DNA of 64,000 nt from Harriotta raleighana. Its lineage: Eukaryota. Shown piece after piece: positions 37,827 to 50,920 of this stretch (positions are counted from its first letter, which is position 1; each line of letters opens with the position of its first letter). The stretch is from positions 908,924-972,923 of the forward strand of contig JBNZDD010013510.1 of assembly GCA_050575255.1 (NCBI GenBank), in the 5' to 3' direction. The notes beneath the pieces are model-generated. The model did no database searches and was not told the origin of the DNA. It saw nothing but the letters and a program-made list of their open reading frames with translations. The translations under genes were made by a program, and so were the position numbers.

Positions 37827-38899
37827 TTCCTATACAGTATTCTTCAATCTGTCAGCAATTTGCACAGCATGATTGAATGACAGGGGATTTCTGATGCTGC
37901 TGATAAATTGGAAGAGCAAACATCCTCAGAAGTGAAAAGGCTTATTACACCTCAGTGATGAACCTGATTGGAAAGTGCAAACATGCCCCTAATTTATTTT
38001 CAGGTGTTTTTACACAGTTTTTCCTTCCTTTTATTCTTTTTGTTCTTCACACTGTACAACACTCCTTACTGCGAGTCCCCCAACAATTCACCACATCAAA
38101 TATAGTGTTAGATATGATACATGTAATCCAATACTTTTAAGACAGGGCTGCATATGAATTATAGGTATTAAGTACTAATCTTGCCATATAAATGAAGATG
38201 GTGGATGACACCATTTTCTCTCCTAATCTTTCATTGCAATAGCTGTTAATAATACAAGTTGTTTTTCCTGATGATAATAAGCAATGGCCTTGGGAGGATA
38301 TCAGACAGTGCTACTAACATTGAGACAGTCATGCAAGTTGGTTTGTATATTAGATCGCCCGGTTCTTCTGAGGAAAAGAGAAGCAAGACAAATGTATCCT
38401 TGGCTTTTTACCCAGTTAAGAAGGATCCACGTGCTTGGTATCTGATTGAGCAAATGAAGAGCTATACACATGTTAAGGATAAGAGTTAGGAAAGGTATAA
38501 AGGTTGTTAACATAGGTAGCAGACTCGGCAGGGAACCAGGCACAGAGAAGATGGTGGGCTAAAGCACTCTGAATGCTCCAGAATAGGGTAGCATATGTTT
38601 TACATACAGTACTTCATTAGTATATGCTTTATGTTTTGCTCATGTGCTGTATTTAGAATTGAATAAACTGAGACAAATCTTATTCTCTGGTCTTTCAACT
38701 CGAGCACTGGGAAATCCCAACAACACACAATTGTAGGACAAACTAACTCTCCTAAAATGTCCTCATTCCTCTTTTGCTGCAATTCCTGAGGTTGGCAGGG
38801 AAGCAGTAAAGTGCTCCAGATGTTATTCAGAGGGGATCTTACCGACGGATGTATGTCAGTGCCTTACAAAATAGAGAAAGCAAATCTGGAAGAAGAATA

Positions 38900-39330
38900 C
38901 ATATACTCCTCGTCAATAGGACACAAAGAAACAGATTCAAAATTGGGAAGGAAGAAAAAATTCAGTGTATTTAAAAGAAAAGTATGTATTTACACAGTGG
39001 GTAATTAACAGCTGGAACAGATTACTGTACTTGGGCGAGTGTCTGAGCCTGGTATACACTGGATTTATTTAAGATACAGCTTGATGCTGTTATGCCTGTG
39101 GGATACTGCTATGCGCAATTGGCTGCCGTGTTTCACTCACATATCAACAGTCAATTCACATTAGAGTATATTCTGTGAAACACTTTGAGAGGTCTAAAAG
39201 CCGTGAAAAGCACTATATCAAATGCAAGGATTATTATTTCTATATTATTACAGAAAGATGGTAGGATCAAAACTGTAAAAGATAAGATTAAATGGGCCAA
39301 AATCCTGTCCGTGTATGCCTTTCTTCTGAT
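38900..39330 (+). mobile_element. Old CR1 3' fragment interrupted by a younger SINE
   Basis: aggacac..agattcaaa..tttacacagtgggtaattaacagctggaacagatta (FTQ.VIN.WN.L), resuming after 39240 with gataagattaaatgggccaaa. Confidence 0.55.
39095..39238 (+). mobile_element. tRNA-SINE 3' half
   Basis: tgtgggatactgct..caattggctgccg..ctgtgaaacactttgaga..ctatatcaaatgcaaggattattatt. Confidence 0.82.
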
Positions 39331-41985
39331 AGGAGGGGAAGATTTCATCTGCTGCTAAAATTAGTACCCTGGATGTTGAGGTGCTAAGAGTAAATTGTGT
39401 TGGAAAATCATACGTTAGCATTACAATTGTCTTTTAACTTAATGTAAATCAGGGCAGTAAACTAAATCAATTATCTGCTGAAGGCAGTCAAGATGTCTAA
39501 TTTTCCACCTCTGGGATAGTGCAAATGTAGCACCTTTTTAATGAAGGTAGGCTTGACCTCACTGTTATTTAGCACTAAGGTTTGAAGAGAACTCTGACTG
39601 CTGTATCTGGAATCTTTACACAGGGAGCAGGCAAATGGTAACCCATAAGATGTTAAACTACCAGAGACGATAAGGGGAAGAGATTGTATTGGAGAATGAT
39701 TTTGAGGGGGGAATGCTCATGCAGAATGAATATCAATAAGTTTGCAAACACTGTACAGTACAGCCAATATCTCATGGTCTAGTATTCATTTCAAATGTAC
39801 ACAAAAGTGCTTTCCCAATAGACATCCAATGCATTTGTGAAGCTATGAAAGGGACTGCTTGATTTTAATCTTCCTTTGGAACCACACTCCACAAAGCAGC
39901 TGATTGAAAGGCAAAGTACTTCTCTACCACAGTGAGTGCATGCATGTGGAAATCTGACATTTTTAAATGATCCATTGTGAATGTTATATTGTGCTGAAGG
40001 GAAGTGTGATGGACAGATTTTTTTAAATGTTAACATCAATCAAATTTAAAGATACTTTTAAGCTTGTTACAGATGGAAGGTGGAATCCCAAAATATCAGA
40101 TCTTGGGCGCACTTCATTATAGAGTGATTCATTATATTCACACTGTGTATAAAGTCTCAGTACCGATTCAGCAATCAGGATAGGGAAAGAATTAGCGGAA
40201 TAACTTGCATTCTGCTGATGAAAGCGGTCACGACTTGTATTAACACCTGTTTTGAGACATCGGAGCTGCTCTCTCACAATGATGTGGCTGGAATCATGTC
40301 CTCGGGATTAAGTATTCACACTTACATGTAATTGAAAGAAATATATAATTCATGTGTTCACAACATGTATTTTATATCCAGTTCAAATAGAGTTTCTTCA
40401 TGCACTGAGATGGGACTAATTTCCATTGGCAATGCTTTCCAACTCCTTCCTGGACTGTACAGTATTTTCAATTCTGCCTAATGGCAAAGCAAAATACATT
40501 TTGGAAAATGCTGAAATTCAGTGTAGCGCACAATTAACATCGCTGAAACATGAGATATTGACAAAAATAACACAGTAGAAAAGAGATAACAAGAGCAGGT
40601 GTCAACTGCGAGGCTTCAATTGAGCACCTCAGGGATCAACCCATACCAACTGGTATGACTTGCCCACAATCAGTGCTACTGGACAAGATTAACAAGCCAT
40701 AACTGGGGCATTGAATGCTGAAGTTGAATGCTGGGTGCACCATTGTTTTTTTAAAAAAAGAAGTGATGTAGGTTGAATGTTCCCTGCTCCTCTCTGCTGT
40801 GTTTAAAATCTTGGCTGCATGAGATGCTGAGTGGAGCTGTAGGTGTCATTTGCTGGGGTGGGAGGGGGGTGGGGGGAGGAAAATCTAATGGAAAGTCTCC
40901 ACCAAGCTCTATCATGAGCCTACTGGGACTTAACCCAAAATTGCATTGGCTCTGCAGCTCAGAGCACATCTATCAAAAGGATGGAATAATGATCCTGAGG
41001 CATGAATTTCCTGTTGGCATTAAGAACAGCGACACTGATGACACGGGCTCCTAGTGGGATTTCCCCCATTATAATCGCACATTATAAAGTCTCTGACAGC
41101 ATAGTACTCTGACAGGAATGTCATTCACTGAATCTTTAGAGTGCAATGTATAGATGCAGGGGAATTTGAACGAAGCTATGAGAGCAGATGTGGATGGCAT
41201 AGGATAAATTTTTAAAAGAAAACTCCACTGGGACTAGAACACACAAAACACACAGTCACATCACAAAGTGATGCGTTGCGATATCAAATGCAAGGATTAT
41301 TGGTATTCATTCTTGCAGTCTCTGGAAGGAGCTACCACACAGGATCACGTGATGGTTTGTTTGTGCTTTATGTTGTCCATCTATCACTAATTGTAGAATG
41401 AGGTAATTTCACTCGAGTCTGTGATAACAGCACAAATGAAAATTCCTGTTGAAAGCAATTCCCATTCATAACAGATTTTCTTTATTGAAAAACTTACCCT
41501 GGCACACATACTGGGTCCTATTAACTTCAAAGGCAAGTGTGTTCAACAACCAAAAATAATGAAACTGTTTTTACAATTACCCATTACAATGATAGGATTA
41601 GGAGTGACCAAATCATTCAACCCATATAAAAAAAATTAATTTGCTGATGTACTTTGCTCTGCTGCACAAGAGACTTAAAAGGATTTTGAATTTAGTGGAT
41701 GCTCTGCTGAATTGTGTACTTGCGGAATAATCTTATGTGACATGGTGCAGCAGAGGGGAGAGAGGCCCTAAATAGTACGTATTGAGTGAGCTAAAAGTTC
41801 ATCTTTCTGCTGCTACATCAGTTAATGTGGCTCCTTTCACATTGTAATTATTGATTCATGTGGCTTCTGACACATGATGTATCTGCAGCTTGAGGACCGA
41901 GAGGATGGCCCAAGAGAAGTGGAAGAGAAGTGATTGAGTGAATTGGTTGCAGGAGGGTTGGGTGGTTGAGTGAGGGGAAATAGTT

Positions 41986-42047
41986 CAGTGCATTGGGACG
42001 TCCTCCCAATGTGAAAGGCCCTCTATAAATGTAATTTGTTGTTGTTG
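41986..42047 (+). mobile_element. Solo L2 hairpin plus tail
   Basis: cagtgcattgggacgtcctcccaatgtgaaaggccctctataaatgtaatttgttgttgttg. Confidence 0.8.
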
Positions 42048-43289
42048 ATTGAGTGAGTGGGGGAGTGGTTGAGGAAGTAGGGAGCGATTTAGTGAGGGGG
42101 AGGATGGCTGAGTGATTTGAGTGAAGCTGTACCAAGGGACCCATTCTGAAAGAAATTCAAATTAATTCACAGAGGCAGCTTTCATCCGCTGTGATATCCT
42201 GGTGAAAATGCCTCCTCCAGGTCTCTAGCATAAATCGCTTTGTGATTGTGCACTTCAAATGTGATTTATATTGTGCAATTGAATCGATGAGAAAAGTGTA
42301 GGAAAATTCAAGCATTAACATTGGGATTCAGACCTTAACATCGACTCATTTAGAGCAGGTAAAAAGCTTCATTTCATGGCCTCCTGGTGCAGAAATAGTG
42401 TGAGGCAGAGGAAGACACAGGGCAGTAAATAAATTGCATAGGGTTGAAAACAATCATTTATTTTCTTATATAGAAAAAAGGTTCCCAAGTCCTGAGCAGA
42501 CTATTCATTGCCTTGTCCCTAAAACGGTTAATCTTCACCAGCAAAATTAAATTGGGGCTGAACTATCATCCATCAAATACAAGCAGATGAGCCTTATTTG
42601 TCTAAGATTCATTGATGAAATGCTATTTGTAATGTGATGGGCTGACAGCAGTTAAATGTCAGGGAAACAGTAATTTCACAACGTTTAGTAAAAGTATACA
42701 TAGATTAAGTCTAACGTAGAATTGAAATGGGTCATTCTCTGTAAATCGCCTATTGATTTAGGTTTCTGTGTGGCCAGGTTTCAGTGTAATGTTGGAGAAT
42801 CTTAATAACTTCAGCATTTTACTTCAGAAGTGCTAAATATTCTTTTATTGTACCTTCTTGTAAATCATGTGACTGTTATTCTGCAGGGGTGACATGACCA
42901 TGGCCTTTCGCAGTCTTCAATCATGGTAATCAATAGGATACAAAGCAATTCTCCCTCTGCATACAATTGCCTCTCTCAGCCCTTTGATCAATATGGACAA
43001 ACCACAGCAGACAACAAGGCAGAGAGCTGAGTACATGAAGCCCACAAAACTAGGATCCTACCACAAGACACTGTTAGTCAGAGCACTTGTCCTAGACTGT
43101 CGTTTTACAACCATTTGATTGATGCCCTGCCTTCCCTTTGAACTTTTTACCTAGTGATTGTGTTAATATTAACGCTCCTCTGTATCTTCACTTGTGTTGA
43201 CCACCCTATTTTAGATTTAATGCAAAAAGGGAGAAAGTGTTGCAATGGGCAACACGGGATGTAATATTCTGGATCTGAAGCTCCATTCT

Positions 43290-43445
43290 ATCACTTAAAC
43301 CGGAGGAATGTTGGCTGGGATAAGAAGGTCATCTGATATTTAACACCTCCTCTGGAACATTGAATCTCCACCTACCCAGCACTACAGTGAAATATCAGCC
43401 TAGAAAATGAACTCAAATACCAAGATTGGCATTTGACCCAAAGCT
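43290..43445 (-). mobile_element. DeuSINE-like fragment
   Basis: tttaacacctc...cagcactacagtgaaatatcagcctaga...ggcatttgaccca. Confidence 0.5.
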
Positions 43446-44659
43446 TTAGGAGGGTGACTTTGAATTGCTTGTCACATCATTCCATGGCAGAGGCAGCCCT
43501 GGCCTTAACGTATTGCACAACGGTAATGCTGCTTTTATTCTCATCCCTTTGCGCTCATAACAGTCACTTACAATCTTATGGCAGCCACCTTACAATCAAT
43601 GAGTTCTGAAGCTTGTGGTGATGTTGGGGTAAGGGGAGGGAGCGTGAAAGATTCTGCTCTCCCTGTTCACCCTGTGTATGTGTGTTGATTCCTTGGCACT
43701 CTGTTATATATTTAATTTGAACAGTTTCATGAAGTGATGTGCTACTGGTGAATAAAAATGAACTCAACGTGAAAGGAATGCTTGGGTACAGTTGAATTGG
43801 CAGAAAGATTGACGTTTTCATATTTGAATAGCTCTGCAGTTCTCATTTGAAAAAAGCCAGAGCTCTGCAAGAATTCAGCAACTTATTTTCCTAAACAGGG
43901 ATTATTTCACAGTGACACATTTCAATTGCTTGTTTTAGAAGGATATACTGTACAGTATATTGTTTTGCAAAAAAAAAAGTGGCTTGCAAGATTAAAAACA
44001 TCACAGAGCCTCGGGAGTCCCCTGTACAATGACAGCCAGGAAGTTGCTGTAATTTAAGTTTAAAAAAATCTGTTTGAACAACCGATTGCATCTTTGAAAC
44101 TGTTTTAAAATATTATTATAAATGTAACCTTTGGCGTGTTGGTTATGCTTGATGTGACCATTTTTGTGAGATGATAAAGCCCTTTCAACTTACCAAATTG
44201 TATTTTGATTACAGATGCAGTTCTAGCCTGACTTTGAACACTTTCTAATGTCCGCCGCAATGGGGCTGTATTTCATTGATATCTGTAGCTTAATAGTGTG
44301 CTGTGATCTTCCCTCATCCAGGCTGTTCATGCCTAAAATTGGAAGTTTGGGAATATCCTTGGGCAAAACAATTTCAGTTTCCGTTGCTCGTACGCTGGCA
44401 AATTCAAAATTGTGAAATAAATTATCATCTATTTGAAGAGCTTCCGGCTTGATAAGAAGTATATTTTTGTGGTAAGAACCACAATTTCGTATGTGCATGG
44501 GGCTAAATAAACAGCCTTATAATGTCCCGAAGATTAAATTTCTCAATGGTATCAATCGAGACATCGGTTTGTGCCTATTCCCAGACTGCTTTAAACTATG
44601 CTTTGGTTTTCATCATTCACCCTTTCAAGAATAGTTATCTGTGAAGTTTGGTGTTACAA

Positions 44660-44820
44660 AGGTTACATTGAAAACTTGATGCATAAATGAGGGAGAAGAG
44701 AACAATAAGTTATTGGAGAAGGGAATAGGAGGGGTGGGAGCTCATGTGGAGTATAAATACTGGCATGGACTATTGGTATAAATGGTCTGTTTCTGTACTT
44801 TATCATTTTCTGCAATTCTA
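44660..44820 (+). mobile_element. CR1 3' end
   Basis: ggggtgggagctcatgtggagtataaatactggcatggac..aatggtctgtttctgt..aattcta. Confidence 0.65.
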
Positions 44821-45445
44821 AGTCACATAGACAATCCTCATTACAGCACTATGTGCGGATGCTTTCTCTGTGAAATTGTCAACTTATCCACAATGTGTGT
44901 CATTGAAAAGGTGGGGAGAGGGAGATTTCTTATAGTTTCTGTCATGATTTTCAAGATTACCTGGCTGAAAGCATTAAAGTGAAAGATCATTCTCTTGTGA
45001 AAGTGTACCTGTCTGAGAGAATACTGCTTCCAACTCACCCCTCCACTCACCCTTCTCTCTCACACACGTACATCCTCAATAAAAATCCATCCAGCGTAGT
45101 ACATTGCTGCCTGCTTACATTGCTTTTAAAAATCTAGCTTTTTTATTGCAGTCAAGTAAAATCTCATTCATGAACTAAAAAGTGCACATAAAAAATAGGT
45201 GGTGTGCTGCAGCAACAGAAACATCGACATAAGCAGGACCAAAACAAATCCTCTTGCAGATAGAAAAACTCATTCACTGTTCTTTAAACACACATAAAGA
45301 CACACACATGTAATCCTTATGTATTACATGCAGGTCCGAAACACTGTGGGACATCCATCCCCTCCCCCCATCCCTCCCCACCCCACCCCACCCCACCCCG
45401 GGACGTGAAAAGTCCAAGCATCATTTTATCCTGAACCAATCTGTC

Positions 45446-45515
45446 CAGCGCCTTGGGACGTCCTCCTGACGTGAAACCCGCTCTATAAGTGTAATTTTGT
45501 TGTTGTTGTTGTTGT
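45446..45515 (+). mobile_element. Solo L2 hairpin plus tail
   Basis: cagcgccttgggacgtcctcctgacgtgaaa..gctctataagtgtaattttgttgttgttg. Confidence 0.82.
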
Positions 45516-45599
45516 ATTTTGTTGCATGAAAATAAGTGCATTATGTTCTGCGTTAAGAATGAAATTATATTTTTAAAATTCTCATCGCTATTTTTTGCT

Positions 45600-45690
45600 T
45601 TAGATGCTATGATGGTAGGGCGGGCACTCTAGAAGGATGAGATCAGATGGGCTGAAGTTCCATCTTCTTCCAAACCAATCTTGTATTCAA
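45600..45690 (+). mobile_element. CR1-like 3' end
   Basis: tagatgctatgatgg..agaaggatgagatcagatgggctgaa..tcttcttccaaacc..tcttgt. Confidence 0.5.
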
Positions 45691-45882
45691 ATAAGGAACA
45701 ACTTTTTTAAAATTCTGTTGATTTAGCTGACAAGTGAGTCAAGAGAGGAAAATTAGAAAGGGTGGATAAAAAACAACAGTGCTCAATCTTCTTTTCCTTG
45801 TGCAGTTTCTGACACTGGAATAGGTTGAAAAATTAGCGCGTGGTAACTCACAACATCCTGCATTCAAATTGCTAAAATAAGG

Positions 45883-45920
45883 CATCATCATCATCATCAT
45901 CATCATCATCACCATCATCA
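45883..45920. repeat. (CAT)n microsatellite
   Basis: Direct observation. Confidence 0.9.
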
Positions 45921-45946
45921 GATGCAGTCAAAACATGCATGGCAAT

Positions 45947-46009
45947 GACTATCCAGCACCTTGGGACGTCCACCTGATGTGAAAGGCACTATACAAGTGT
46001 AATTTTGTT
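45947..46009 (+). mobile_element. Solo L2 hairpin plus tail
   Basis: gactatccagcaccttgggacgtccacctgatgtgaaaggcactatacaagtgtaattttgtt. Confidence 0.8.
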
Positions 46010-47479
46010 CAGAGAACATGAATAATTCAAACGCCTTTCTTTACTCCCTTCGTATAGCTGGAATCTTATTTTCCAACCTTGGACATGTCACCCTTGATTC
46101 TCTTACGGTTATTTTAATGATGGTTTGCAGTAGCATGGCTAGTTCTGAACTTCGCATCTGGTAGAAAAATGACACCTAAGCATAGAGTTGTCATCTTTTG
46201 CATCATCGAGGGACACCTGTACAATATTCAGTGGGGAAATAATCGAATTGCATCAGCCTATTGCATTTCCTGTACATTTCTTGAATCATGTAGCATCTGC
46301 AGGAGTGATAGAGGAAGTTATCAAAAATAACAGTTGGCAAACGATGAGTTACAAGGCAATAATTCAATCGAGCAGTTCTGATGATGCCATAAACCGCAAG
46401 AGCAAAGCTCAAGTGCTTTCTGAACATCAGCAGAACCCCAACTTGATTAAATAATGTTGTCATAGCCACCAGAATTTCCTTCTCCTTCTGTACAGGTGTT
46501 TGTGTTTTATATCTTTGTGTTTAGTGAGTGCGCTGACATGATAGAGATGGTATGACAAAGGCTAAGGAAGAAAACAGAAGTTGGTGATACGGAAAAACTC
46601 ACATAAGCCATATTAGTGAGGACCATAAGATTTCTAAAATACGACTATCGCAACAAAATCTAATTTTGTTTGATTACCTGCATTGTAGAATCCTATTAAT
46701 GGCAAATTACGTCTGGGATCAGCTGCTGGTGGGTTAATGCTTTGCCACATATCACTGATATATATATATATATAGAATAAAATGCAGATTACGTTTACAG
46801 GATATCAATTCTAGGGTGTGGAATGTCCCGAAAAGATTGTTATTTTCTGTTTATTAGTTGGAGAGCTAATTTGTTTGCCATATAAGACCAGCAATTGAGC
46901 GTTTATTAATGATGCTTCTCACCATAAACATCTCAAGAGCAAATAGTTTGCAGAGGTTAAAAAAGTGGATATGTCACAAAATTCCAATACAAATAAGAAA
47001 GAGCCAAATGGTCGATAAACCTGAAGGATAAGGTGATCCAGGGCCAATATTGGTACCAACAAAACACTATCTTGTAAATCACCTGCCTTAGTTTAATGCT
47101 TCCCTCATTAAAGGAACTTCAATCTGTAACATACATAAAATGGTTTACTCAACAATAAATGCTGTGTTTAGCTTCCAAAAGTCCTGCTTGATGGAGGAGT
47201 TTGTGCATGTCTAAAGTACGCCATAAAATTATAAAGGACACTCAATCTGACTGGAAAATGAATGAAAATGGAAATTTTTCTACATTTCCACATTCCTTGT
47301 CTAAGTGGCCTTGCAAACTCGTAAAAGTTCAGAGGGGCTGTGCTATTTTCCTTACCCCCTTGGGTAACTTAGGTTACCGGACCTAATACACTTTCTCCAA
47401 TATCACATCCTCCATTCAATTCTCAATTCTAATTAAATTTGTCGTTGCATCAGCTTTTTCCCCTCTGTTAACTCTTCGG

Positions 47480-47600
47480 TTACATTGTTTGTAAAATCGC
47501 GGGGAAAAAAATTATTTTTCGTGATAAAACAGGAAGTGTCATCTTCCTTCCCCACCCCAGGAAACAGGAGTTGCTTTCTCCAACAGTTTTTCATAAAGTT
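47480..47600. promoter_or_regulatory. Putative enhancer with SOX, GATA and FOX:ETS motif cluster
   Basis: acattgttt, GATAAAACAGGAAGTG (47523-47538) and further GGAA cores in a repeat-free, CpG-retaining segment. Confidence 0.3.
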
Positions 47601-50267
47601 ACCTGCCTGATTCACGTACTACGATGTCTTTCCTTTTCTGAAGCAAACTTTATCTGAGGAAAGTTGCACTAATGTGAAATCCACAGCATTGGTGTTTGTA
47701 CACAGTTTGATATGATGACAGGCAGCTCCTGTGCATGGTCTGTTGGCAGCAGAAATACCAATCAGCTAAACCTGAGCGCAATGAATAACGTCAACCTCTT
47801 GACATGACCCGAGATTGCTATCAGAGTATTCCTGGAAAATATAACAGGATTTACCTAAACCAAATGCATGTTACAAGGATGAGGTTTGCAGGGAAGCATC
47901 TCTTACGAATAGTTTCGCACCTTCAGTTTCAACAGGGACAGAGTGCTGCAGCTGTGTTGATGTTAAATTGTGATCAATGTCCAACAAGCAGGGATTTGTA
48001 CCATGAGAGAAAGGACGTACCTAGCAGAGAATTGCTTTGAGCCATTCTCGTACACATCCCAACAGTTCAGCACAAAGTGTGTTGACAGAAGCTGACCTTC
48101 ATCCCTCCTACTTTTCTCTTCTTTTTAAAAAAAAGTTTGATTTACAATAAGTGCAAGAAGAAACACCAAAGAGAATAGCAAACAGAAGGGTGAATAACAA
48201 TGGCAACATCACCCAGCTTTGCTCCAATGCCCGCAGACTAGGACGCCTGTCAATTGATGACGATGACTGTGACCAAGAGATAAAAAGAATTGTCCCCAGC
48301 CTTGTATGTCTTGAGACGACTATGACCTCACAGCACAACATCTCTTTGAGGTGCCTAAAATATTCCATCCCATAGCTTTTGGGAAAGGGACATCTTGCAA
48401 ATGTTCTACAGCTCAGTATTGAGGTGCATCAAACCACAGATGAACGTATCAATGCAAAGCAGCAGCTTGTAACCTTTTTGGAATTAGTTTTGTTTGCAGT
48501 ATAACAAACTTTCTTCCTAACCCCATCCTTATAAAGAAAAGCCTTGTCAATCCCACGTGTGATTATTCTTTGTTGCATATTCAGCATCGGTCCCGTGGAT
48601 AGGAATCGCAGAACAACAGGTATTTTCCACTTTGACCACCCGTTTACTTTGAACAAATGGAAGACTGTCAGCCACCTCTAAGTGCAAGATGAAGGAGAAC
48701 AGATATTAGATTTCAGAATCTCTGGAGACATCGAACAGCTCATAGAACATAATAAGGATGGATGTGTTGTCATATGATTACTGTCTCATAGTCAATGTCC
48801 TGCTCTGTTTGATGTCAAACCTTATTTACAAGGTGCCCACCAGTATAATCTACTCACACTGCAGCACGTTTTTGTTTGGGTTGGGGGAATCTTTTCCTTC
48901 CATCTGAGTGTCCTTCCATCTGAGAAACTCAAAGAATGGTTGTGCAATTGGGACAGTTTGAGTGTTATTTGACAACTGTATGAAGTATAAATCAGGCTTC
49001 TCACTCCCCATCACTCTACTGCTGGAAGTGAAGCTGTTTCCATTCCAAGCAGCGGAAATGCAGCCTGAGACTTGCTCCAATGCAAAGCCTCTCAGATGGT
49101 GTGAATTTCTGATACCAGCTTTGTCCTCAGTAGTGCTTCTCAGGTGTTTTTTTTAAATGATTATATTTGCCTCACATTTAGAGCGCAGTTGTGGTGTATG
49201 TCAGGAAGGAGTCATTTATTAGAGGATATTATTGCTTTTGGTGGGATATCTCCAGGCTTTAAGTTGCTATGGATAGCATTGGAGAAGATTTCAGACTGCT
49301 GGGCTTTTGTGTTTGGGAACACAACAAGCGGAAGAAAAGAGAGAGGCTGCTACAGTTTGGAGTTTAGGCCACCTCAACACATTTAATGAGGAATCAGTCA
49401 GGACGTGCTCAGAACCATGCATTCAAAGTCTTCCTGATACACTTTCAACCAGCAACTTTATATCACATCAAGTGCTAAGATACAACATAAGTTTCATGGT
49501 GAAAATATTTTCTGACTCGATAGTTTCAACGGTCCATTTCTTCCACTTTTCCAGGTAAAATGTGGGTATAAAATATCTTACATAAACAGTGAGGTCTGGG
49601 GATATGTTTGTGGGAAGGAGAAGAGGGGGTGAGGGGTCATTGAAATGTAAGACACTTTATCAACAGTCAATTTATTCTCTGAACAGCATTTTCACTGCCG
49701 GCAGACCACTACTTTGTATCTGAGGTGAGTGCAACTTTATTTTCAATATGAAACATGTGCAGGACAAGATAACACTCCGGTGACCACAGAAACATTACAA
49801 AAATTGGAATTCTGTGAGTTTGCAAGAGCCTGCAGGAGAGATTATCTGCTTAATTCTCCTCTCTTAATGTGGAAATGGAAGACAAACCCTCAAACAGTGA
49901 TAATAGTTACCACTCTGAAGCTCTCTGGGAAATTGAACATCACCAAGCCAAGACATTGTCACTTTCTAGATTTGCTTATTGGCAGAATCGAAGATTGTTA
50001 TAGCAGAGAAACAAATCCGTCAAGTATCCACCGGTGTTTTTTCTCTACAAGTTTTACTTTGCTTACATGGAACCAGAATCCTCTTGTCCAATTTTCTAAA
50101 CCTTCAAAATGGTCCGAATGCTACTTTTCAGCTCAACCAGTTTATGGCAAACAAAACGAATGATCCTTGCAACCGTCTGACGAAAGGGAAAAACAAAATC
50201 TGTCTCTCTATATCACGAATCAGACATTGAGAGATTTTGCAATGCACACTGTAGGAAGTGTTGCTAA

Positions 50268-50390
50268 AAGAACATAAGAAATAGGAGCAGGAGTAGGCCA
50301 TTCGGCCCATCGAGCCTGCTCCGCCATTCAATCATGGCTGATATTCTATTCTTAACTCCAGCCTTATCCCCATACCCCTTAATCCCTTTA
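50268..50390 (-). mobile_element. Young CR1 (shark-type) 3' end
   Basis: aacataagaaataggagcaggagtaggccattcggcccatcgagcctgctccgccattcaatcatggctgat. Confidence 0.85.
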
Positions 50391-50732
50391 TAAAAGATCA
50401 AGATTCATTTACTTTTTAACAAATATCAGACTATCAATGCATGGATTTAACTGAGAACGAATACATAATAATAATCGTATTCATTATCTGATCACATTCA
50501 TGGAGATGATTGAAATCGCTTCACAGCGATGATACTGTAAGATGCATGGACTGTGTAGGCAAATGTACATTTTGGAAGAGAATCCTGCTGAATACTACTA
50601 GAATGTGATTCAGTGTTTTGTAGGCATGATCTGAACTGTACATGGACGACACCTCCCCACCTTTCCTCATCAGTGCCTCAAAGTTTTTCTTAACCCTATT
50701 CTCAATACCAAACACAGTGGAACAACGCAATC

Positions 50733-50920
50733 CAAAATTATATTAGTATAGCACCTTTCACATTGGACAGTCAGGGATTTGCAACCGAGCTGAGGATTGG
50801 GGAGCGTAGAGGGCTGGAGGGTGGATGAAGGTTCAGTTGAAGAGAAGGGCTTTGAAACAGACCTCAAAGCAGGCAAGGGAGAATGCGAGGTGCAGGGAAT
50901 GCGACGTGGAGGTCGATATA
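50733..50920 (-). mobile_element. 5'-truncated L2 3' end
   Basis: aaaattatattagtatagcacctttcacattggacagtcaggg...gagaagggctttgaaacagacctcaaagcaggcaagg, colinear with 15231-15526. Confidence 0.7.

Noticed and set aside
49729-50163. Longest ORF (144 aa)
   Set aside because: GTG start immediately after a splice donor, no recognisable domain, random-looking composition.
50713-50740. V(D)J recombination signal (cacagtg plus 12-nt spacer)
   Set aside because: Poor nonamer match and no adjacent V, D or J coding segment.
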